This document shows, piece by piece, positions 55,025 through 64,000 of a DNA stretch of 64,000 bases. The stretch covers positions 327,484,001 to 327,548,000 of the forward strand of contig OZ024742.1 in NCBI GenBank assembly GCA_964016885.1. Direction: 5' to 3'. Below the pieces are notes generated by a model, which was not told the DNA's origin, did not search any database, and saw only the letters and a program-made list of their open reading frames with translations. A program made the position numbers and the translations under genes. The stretch comes from Eledone cirrhosa (lineage: Eukaryota). Positions within the stretch are counted from its first letter, which is position 1. Each line of letters opens with the position of its first letter.

Positions 55025-55850
55025 TGGTGTGGTGGTAGCGGTGGTAGTATTGGTGGTGGTGGCGGTGGTAGTATTGGCGATGATGGTGGTGGTGGCGGTG
55101 GTAGTATTGGCGATGATGGTGGTGGTGGCGGTGGTAGTATTGGTGGTGATGGCGGTGATGGTGGTGGTGGTGGTGGTAGTATTGGCGGTGATGGTGGTGG
55201 TGGCGGTGGTAATATTGGTGGTGATGGTGGTGGTGGCGGTGGTAGTATTGGCAGTGATGGTGGTGGTGGCGGTGGTAGTATTGGCGGTGATGGCGGTGAT
55301 GGTGGTGGTGGTGGTAGTATTGGCGGTGATGGTGGTGGTGGCGGTGGTAATATTGGTGGTGATGGTGGTGATGGCGGTGGTAGTATTGGCAGTGATGGTG
55401 GTGGTGGTAGCGGTGGTAGTATTGGCAGTGATGGTGGTGGTGGTAGCGGTGGTAGTATTGGCGGTGATGGTTATGGTGGCGGTGGTAGTATTGGCGGTGA
55501 TGGTGGTGGTGGCGGTGGTAGTATTGGTGGTGACTGTGGTGGTAGCGGTGGTAGTATTGGCGGTAATTGTGGTGGTGGTGGTAGCGGTGGTAGTATTGGC
55601 GGTGATGGTGGTGGTGGTGGCGGTTGTAGTATGTGCAATGGTGGTGGCGGTGGTGATGGTGGTGGTGGAGGTGATAGTATTGGCGGTGATCGTGGTGGTG
55701 GTGGTGGCGGTGGCAGTATTGGCGATGATGGTGGTGGTTGTGGAGATGATGGTGCGGGTGGTGATTAAGGTGCTGGAGTGGACAGCGGATGTTTTTGTTT
55801 CGGGGTGTGTGTATATACTGTTTGTGGTGGTGGTGGTGGTGGTGGTATGT
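55025..55850. repeat. ~27-30-bp (GGT)-based minisatellite
   Basis: GGTGGTGGCGGTGGTAGTATTGGCGGTGAT units. Confidence 0.9.
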
Positions 55851-56052
55851 CTTGTAGGGTGCGCAGTGCGCTCAAATAACATATTACACATGTTAGCTGA
55901 ACTGAGGGTGTTCATAGAACCCCTTATATATGACATCAGATAAAATATTAGAAAATAATACAGCGATTGGTTTTTAGAATAGTTGAATGACAGTGTAACA
56001 GAATAATAGAATAATTGTTTGGTAGAATGAGATAATAGTAAGATGTACATAC

Positions 56053-56128
56053 GTGCTGTTGTCATTGTTAATGTAGTCCTCTAACTGGGTGAAATCCAAG
56101 CCTTCATTTTCGAACCCAACTTCATTGC
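56053..56128 (-). CDS. MYRF: MYRF-like gene, early internal coding exon (GNEVGFENEGLDFTQLEDYINNDNST)
   Basis: 76-nt exon with acceptor tattttcag and donor gtatgt. It ends in phase 2 (AC) and joins the exon at 3828 (G) to give ACG in frame. The peptide resembles the MYRF N-terminal segment (human ...NIDTSILEEYISKED, from memory). Confidence 0.75.
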
Positions 56129-56295
56129 CTGAAAATAGGAAGCACAAATCGTGATCATAATTATCGTCGTGATCATGATGATGATGATCATCATCATCAC
56201 CACCATCAGCACCGTCACAATCATCATCGTAATCATCTTCACCACCACCACCATTATCAACCATCATCGTGATCAACCTTATCGTTGTCATCATT

Positions 56296-56432
56296 GTCGG
56301 ACGCCATGCTTTGCAGCAAAGAGTTACGTCCCTTTATGGTCTGAGTTCAAATCCCGCCCTTACGGGGTCGATAAAATAAAGTACCACTGATATAATTACT
56401 GGCCTTGTGCCAAAAGTAGAAACAATTATTAC
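56296..56432 (+). mobile_element. Internally deleted Nin-type SINE in an (ATC)n tract
   Basis: Consensus match with a deletion. Confidence 0.75.
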
Positions 56433-56851
56433 TACCATTATCATTTTCATCCTCATCATCATCACTATCATCATCATCATCATATCCATCAAGAGCAGCA
56501 CCACTACCACTATCATCACAACCACCATCATTATCGTTACTAAAACCACTATCATCCCCATCATTAACAACACTATCAGTATCCCCACAAACACCATAAT
56601 CAGAAACTTCCACCTATTCCATCCTCATCATCACTATCACCTTACTAGCATAGTATGGTAATATGGATGAAGTGACCCCCAACACCATAAACAACAGCCG
56701 AATCTTCCTCAGATGACTCCCTAGTACCATTAAAATGTTATGGAACATTATCTCAGTTAGTTCTAGATACAGTAAACAAAATAGGTTGTTATATCCGGAA
56801 TATATTTGATATATGTAGAGAGAGATAAATTGATAGTTAATCAAATGATAA

Positions 56852-57035
56852 GATAATTGTTTCTACTTTTGGCACAAGGCCAGCAATTACCCAGTGCATT
56901 ACTGGTACTTTATTTTATCGACCCCGTAAGGATGAAAGGCAAAGTTAACCTCGGCGGGATTTGAATTCAGAATGGCAAGGGCCGTAACTCTATGCGTCAA
57001 AGCATGCTGTCCGACCCTCTACCGATGCTGCCAAT
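56852..57035 (-). mobile_element. Nin-type SINE with TSD AATCAAATGATAAGATAAT
   Basis: Consensus match with a flanking direct repeat. Confidence 0.9.
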
Positions 57036-57895
57036 CAAATGATAAGATAATGCTAAATACATATATACACATATATTATCACAGGATCCACATGACGGGT
57101 GCAATGTGTCCGAACACAGAAGAGCCGAACTCCCACCGTCATCGCCCCCGTCTCTCTCGCCCTCCCCATCTCTCTGTATAGTGAGCAAATGGGGTCCCAC
57201 GTGCAGGCCGCTCCACAGCCCCCGCGGACAGAATAGAGAAGGCGTTTCCCCAGATGGTAAGGGAGATGTGCTGGAAGAGCCATTCCTTTTGATTATGTTT
57301 TGAAGAGGAAGAGCCATTCCTTTTGATTATGTTTATAGGCAATGATAATTTCTCTCTATTGATTGTAGTCTCAATTGTGTTCCTTCAAACAACTTAACTC
57401 TTTATTACATGTAATACTTAAAATATATCGTCTTACTTCACTCATGGTACAATTAACCAAGCATAATATATCGAATAATAGAAGTAACACACATGTACAC
57501 CAGGTCCGAACACAGAAGAGCCGAACTCCTACTGTCATCACCTCTGTCCCTCTTGCCCTCTCCATCTCTCACTATTTTGAGTATATGGGGTCATACGTGC
57601 TGGCCGCCCCACGGTCCCAGCGGACAGAATCGATTCATAACTGACCAGATTCTAGATAGGAATAGACCTTTGTCGGTCTCAATGATGAGTGTTCCAGTTG
57701 TTCGATCAGTGGAACAGATTGCTTGGGAAATTAACGTACAAGTGGATGAACATTTCACAGACACGTGTACCCTTAACTTAGTTCATAAGAAGACTCAGCG
57801 TGTCACGGTGCGTGATAAAGCTGATTCTTTGAATTACTGACACAAATCCTTGTTACCAGCTGAGTGAACAGGAGCAACGTGAAAGGTGTCTTGCT

Positions 57896-57983
<88 letters not shown>

Positions 57984-58255
57984 TGAGCAAGACACTTTAA
58001 TTCACGTATATATATATACATATATATGTTTTGCTCAAGAACAATCAACACTGCCGGGAATCGAATTCGCCACTTAACGATCTTTACTGAGTTTACTACT
58101 TTTCAGTTTGAATTATAAAATATACAGATTATGTAAGGGAAGATCACATTAGTCAATGTGACTACAAAGCTCAGCAATAACAAAATAAATAAAGGGCGGT
58201 AATAACGGCTTGAATACCTTTATGAGTCTCCTGCTTCCTAGCTGACTGGGACTAA

Positions 58256-58690
58256 ATAATGGTTTATGATTTAAGCACAAGGCCAACAATTTTTGTGTGG
58301 GGGAGGGGGGAGGGGTGATTAAATTGGCCCAGATACATTACTGTTGTTTTATTTTATCGACACAAGAAGGGTGAAAGGTAAAGTTGACTTCAGCGAGATT
58401 TGGACTCAGAACTAAAAGAACTGGAACAAATACTATTAAGCATTTGTCCGACTGTTTAATGTGTCTGTCAGTCCCTCACCCAACTCTGAATAATTCAGAT
58501 ACAATGTCAACAATTTATGGGGACGGGAAAGTCAATTAACTCGACCCAGTAATTGACTGGATATTTATTTTATCGTCTCTGGAAGGAAAAAAAGGCTAAG
58601 TTGTCCTCAGCTGGATTTGAACTCAGATGGAATAAACATTGTCAAGCATTTGTCCAGCTGTTTAACGATTCTGGTAATCCACCGCTCTAC
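58256..58690 (-). mobile_element. Two old, diverged Nin-type SINEs in tandem
   Basis: Degenerate TTTATTTTATCG..GATTTG(A/G)ACTCAGA motifs occur twice. Confidence 0.6.
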
Positions 58691-59139
58691 TAGGACTAAA
58701 AACAATAGCAACAAGCTCCGATCAAAATCATTCTCATCATGCTGATTCGAAGCGTTCAATAGTAAAATCGTTTATCTTTTATGTCTATGATGTTATTTGT
58801 GTTGATACTTTGGCTTATGTCAAACTTTATCCAGCAAAATATTGATCAAAGGTATTTTAACCTTTCTTCTTAAGTGATCTTCCCCTCATTTAAATTCCGA
58901 TTTGAGGGAGGCTTGGCTGCTATCTCTAGAAGGTGTAGTGACCATCGGACTCCTCTGTTGGCTCATATATAATGCCTGTGTTATACTGTGGGCCCACATC
59001 TTATGCAATCAATATCACCACCCCGCGTTATGAACAGTTTGTGTATGTTCACGACCCTTATATAAAAGAGTCTATATACATTGATATATTGGCGGAGGTT
59101 CACTAGAGGTTGAAAAACTCACGGAAAGAATATATTAGG

Positions 59140-59645
59140 TGAAATATATTAGCTTGTATTCACGATCACATTCTTTCGATCATTACCCAAGATTCACGTC
59201 CATAGTGAGTTTGACTTTTACATCTACCTCTCTTTTTCTGACGATCGAGTGCTGAAGCTGGCGCGTTATTGCGGTCGAAATGGGGTTCTTCCGAATGCTT
59301 TAGAATAAAGTTCACGTAGCAAGATGATCAGAGCAACGTTCCAGGTAGAGCCGCTAATTCTCTGCACTGAGAGACAACAGTTCCTGTACAATGGACATGT
59401 GGTTAGAATATTTAAGGAAAGAATCTCTACAAAAATTTTACGGGCAGAGGTAGACGAACAGCAAGAGGGTTGGAGAGCATCTATGACTCAGTTGGTCTCG
59501 TTTGAGGATTCAGACAGATTATTTGGAGACGGTTACTTCAGACAGGATCATCTGGAAGGCATATATGAGGACTCTGCACGCAAGATCCTCTCAAGAAGAA
59601 GAAGAAGAAGAAGAAGAAGAAGAAGAAGAAGAAGAAGAAGAAGAA
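59140..59645 (+). mobile_element. RTE-clade LINE 3' relic ending in (AGA)n, with an inverted upstream piece (~59140-59230)
   Basis: Plus strand: VEMGFFRM / IRATFQVEPLILCTERQQFLYNGHVVR. Minus strand: YGRESWVMIERM..IQA. Confidence 0.7.
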
Positions 59646-59807
59646 ATAATTGTTTCTACTTTTGGCACAAGGCCTGCAATTATCCTTGTGTATTACTGGT
59701 ACTTTATTTTATCGACCCCGTAAGGATGAAAGGCAAAGTTAACCACGGCGGGATTTGAGGGCCGTAACTCTATGCTACAAAGCATGGCGTCCGGCCCTCT
59801 ACCGATA
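59645..59807 (-). mobile_element. Nin-type SINE
   Basis: Consensus match with a small deletion. Confidence 0.85.
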
Positions 59808-59943
59808 TGGAAAATGATGTTAAGAATTTTATAACTTAAAAATATTTTTTTTTTCTAGAAAGTGATTTCCAACTACGTATTTTAAAATTGCTTCAGGTGC
59901 GTGTGACTCATTGTAGACATGGAATGTGTGAGTGTGTGTGTGT

Positions 59944-60024
<81 letters not shown>

Positions 60025-60335
60025 TGTGTGTGTGTGTGTGCGTGCGTATAGGTGTGAATGCGTAAGAAAGTTCGAGAGGAAGGTAAATGATAAAAGACTG
60101 GAAAAGTAGAACTAGAAAAGCCAATTATTAGGCTGTCGTTTGCAAACATCGATATTGTTGTAGTGGGTCAAACAAGAAGAGAGCCGCAGAGCTTTCCTGT
60201 GTGGAAACTCTTGAGTATTCAAACAAAGCAGGAGAGGGAAGGAAGGGTGAAGTGATGGCGGTGAACGATGAAAGGACAGGGATAAAGGGATATGAAAAGT
60301 TGAAGATGATTTCTTGAAGAAAGGATATATGAAAG

Positions 60336-60378
<43 letters not shown>

Positions 60379-60390
60379 GAGAGAGAGAGT

Positions 60391-60426
<36 letters not shown>

Positions 60427-60838
60427 GGGGGAGGGAGAGTTAGATTGATTAGATAGATTGAGAGAGAACGAGGGGATATATATATATATATATCACCTCT
60501 TTCTCTCTCTATCTATCTATATATATATACACAGAGAGATAGATTGATAGATAGAGGGAGAAAGTGGATATATATATATATTGAGAGAGAGAATGTGAGA
60601 GAGACAGGGGTCAAAGTCTTTAGTAAGAATACTGTGTACAACGAAACGTTTCGTATTAAGATTTCTGTTTAGTGATTGGGTATATGTGTGTTAGAGAGAG
60701 AGAGAGGGAGAGAGGGGAGAGAGAGAGAAGAGGGGGAGATTGTGTGTATGGGTGACAGAGAATGTGTGCATTTGAGGAAGAGAGTGAAACGAGAAGAAGT
60801 TCAAGAGAGACACATGTAGTGCCGGTGACAGAGTGAGA

Positions 60839-60896
<58 letters not shown>

Positions 60897-60939
60897 AGAA
60901 ACGAAGGATGATCTTGTATCAGCAACCCAACTTCAATTG

Positions 60940-60983
60940 CTATACATAAATACATACATACATACATACATACATACATACAT

Positions 60984-61016
<33 letters not shown>

Positions 61017-61550
61017 TACATGCATACATACATACACACACTCATACATACATACAAACATACAAACATATATACATTCATACATACACACACACACATA
61101 CATGTATACATACACACACACACTCATACATACTTACAAACATACAAACAAACATACATACATACATGCATTCATACATACATACAAACATACACGGATA
61201 CAAACATACATACATGCATACATACATACACACACACACACACGTACATACATACAAACATACAAACATACATAGATACATACACACACAAACATACATG
61301 CATACATACATACACACACTCATACATACAAACATACAAACAAACATACATACACGCATTCATACATACACACACATACATACATACAAACATACACGGA
61401 TACAAACATACATACATACATGCATACATACACACACACACACATATACGTACATACATACAAACATACACGCATACAAACATACATACATACATGCATA
61501 CATACACACACACACATACAAACATACACGTATTTACATGTACTCACTCA
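60940..61550. repeat. (CATA)n/(CA)n compound microsatellite
   Basis: Seen directly. Confidence 0.9.
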
Positions 61551-61831
61551 TGTAACTGCTGACACTTGTTTGTAAGTGGCAACTATATAAACATACACAT
61601 TTTCCTCACTAACACTGACCCCATATCCCCCCCTCTCTCTCTCTTTCTCACTCTCACTCTCTCTCGCTCTCCCTCTCATTCTCTCTCTCTCACTCTCTCT
61701 CCTGTGTGTTTCTCCCATAAACACATACATACACACACACACACATGCTAATATAAACATTTTCATTTACACATTTACATCCACAAAATTCTTTAAATAA
61801 AACTTGAAAGAGATGCACACCTACATACACG

Positions 61832-61884
<53 letters not shown>

Positions 61885-62220
61885 ATATATGTGTGTGTAT
61901 GCGTGTTGTGTGTATGTGTGTCTGTGTGTGATTGGCTAAATACACACGGGCTTTCCTCCGGTGAAAATATTTTCCCCATTTCTTTCTTTTCTTATTCACT
62001 TTTATTATATCTTCCGAGGAAGAACTATCATCCGAAACGTGAAGACACTTTTCTATTATATCATGCGTTAAACTAATATGTATATATATAAAATAAATGC
62101 GCAAGACCGATGAAGAAATTTAAGACATTTTATTCGTTGTCTTGAATTTGAAAATTGCTGGCATTTGATCTTTCTACATTTTACCTTTATACTGTATATA
62201 TATATTCTACATTTTACCTT

Positions 62221-62278
<58 letters not shown>

Positions 62279-62671
62279 CCCGCGTGGATTTAGTAACGGG
62301 TTCCCTTGTATTATTGAACTAAACGCCCGTTGAAAAAGTGGTTTCCTTGTTCATCTTCTTACCAGAAGCCGGATATTTTTTATGTAAGTTGACGGTAACT
62401 GATTTAGGAGCCGCAGAAACCCAAATGCTGGAATTTACCATCTTTCCAGGGGGTCCGGGTAAATTTTTCATTCATATATATTTTTATTTTGTCCGACCCG
62501 AATTTTCTTGGTCGTTTTTTCGGCTGTGCGAATGATTGTTTATGCATCGTCTCAGTGTGTTGGTATTTAAACGTTAGTTATAGCTCTGGTTTATCCAAAC
62601 TATTGAGCACCTTGCCACACATTTCGAAGATTGTGTTTCGTTATTTCGTGAGCCGAGATTCCGATTCTCGA

Positions 62672-62728
<57 letters not shown>

Positions 62729-62731
<3 letters not shown>

Positions 62732-62860
62732 TAGTGCACTGGAAGGTAATATCCGTAGTGGTAGAGCACTCAGTCCATTGGACAAGTTAGGTCGAAGTGG
62801 TTACACAACAGTTAGTTCACCATACCGAGAATGGTGAACTAACTGTTGTGTAACCACTTC
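62729..62860 (-). mobile_element. Micro fold-back: perfect 30-bp arms (62794-62823 / 62831-62860), 7-nt loop, ~65-nt tail; relative at 27372-27490
   Basis: Exact reverse complement with (TA)n on both sides. Confidence 0.85.
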
Positions 62861-62894
62861 TATATATATATATATATTCTACATTTTACCTTTG

Positions 62895-62931
<37 letters not shown>

Positions 62932-63741
62932 ATACATATGTTTCACTGTCGATCAGCTCGAGGAACGATCTATTATTGATCGAACGTGACTCTGGAATCC
63001 TTATACTACTATACTTTGCTCTGCGAAAGCATCGAGTGCTCACCCGGCATACTGCCTACGGACCCAATTATCTTGCACATATCCATCTATATATACTTTT
63101 TTTTAATCGACCTCGAATGGATGAAAGTCTAAATTGACTTCGGTGGGATTTGAACTCAGAGAATAGAGACCCGAAACGAAAAGCCAAACATTCTAACCTA
63201 CGCTCTAACCACTCGGCCAATTTGCAGCCTTACACAATATACTGTACAGACAAAATTAAGTACAATATTAGAATGTACAGCTAAAATTAAGTTGTAGACA
63301 TATTTTCCCATAGAATGATTGCATACAACTACACTTCACACTTAAAATAGACACCTACACATTTACACTCATACACACACACTCTCTCACACAAACATAT
63401 ATACACATTTGCATACATACATATTTACAGGTGTTTACACATATTCTCACGCGTTTACACACATTTAAACATACTCACATATAAACACATGCATACTTAC
63501 ACATGTTAGACACATTTACACACGCCCATACACACAGGCAGACACTGAGGCATGTATTTACACACCCATATGCTTACACATATATCTGATTACACATGCG
63601 TAAGCACACTCACATACACACAGACAGTTCACATTTACTCATACAATTACACACACATTGGTTAACATATACAAATACTTACACACTGACATTCACACAC
63701 ACATTGGCATTCTCACATGGTAACATACAAAGACACACACA

Positions 63742-63826
<85 letters not shown>

Positions 63827-64000
63827 GTACACACACTTAAACAGTCAATCATTTGATGATTAACGATAATCGATGTTATTCGCATAAATTTCAATAGAAT
63901 GATCATAAACCTACAACGACTACGACAGATCTCTCACCTTAGGCTAATCAAGATTATGGCAGAATCGGTAGAGCGTCAGACAATATGCTTTGTTGTATAG

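Noticed and set aside
54719-56065. 448-aa Thr-rich mucin-like ORF and its Val-rich antisense ORF
   Set aside because: Produced by a (GGT)-based minisatellite. It reads through the MYRF donor into intron, with no signal peptide or domain.
56129-64000. First (ATG) exon or promoter of the MYRF-like gene
   Set aside because: No convincing phase-1 exon found; it probably lies beyond the right edge.

Overview
This is eukaryotic, AT-rich DNA full of microsatellites. The tRNA-derived Nin-type and CORE-type SINEs, dense (TA)n/(CA)n tracts and very long intron suggest an octopus or other coleoid cephalopod; that assignment is an inference. The only host coding sequence I can support is four minus-strand exons of a myelin regulatory factor (MYRF)-like gene: 56053-56128, 3538-3828, 994-1052 and <1-223. 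They splice in frame through GT-AG junctions, encode ...LDFTQLEDYIN...SLPDSPPDSEPYSP..., and include a 52.2-kb intron. The rest is repeat-derived: about 30 Nin-type SINEs, CORE-type SINEs, RTE, CR1/L2 and HERO-like LINE relics, non-autonomous Helitrons, TIR MITEs and many Penelope-like element (PLE) pieces. The most striking pattern is a population of short PLE-derived fold-back inserts from several families with little sequence similarity, almost all embedded in (TA)n. They typically consist of an inverted arm pair ending at a fixed family-specific point plus an unpaired tail. Many carry minimal hammerhead ribozymes, and at least six families share an (A/G)CTC...GAG(T/C)(A/G)C hairpin in the tail. 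Nearly all ORFs in the supplied track are microsatellite artefacts. Coordinates were read by eye, and repeat boundaries are approximate.
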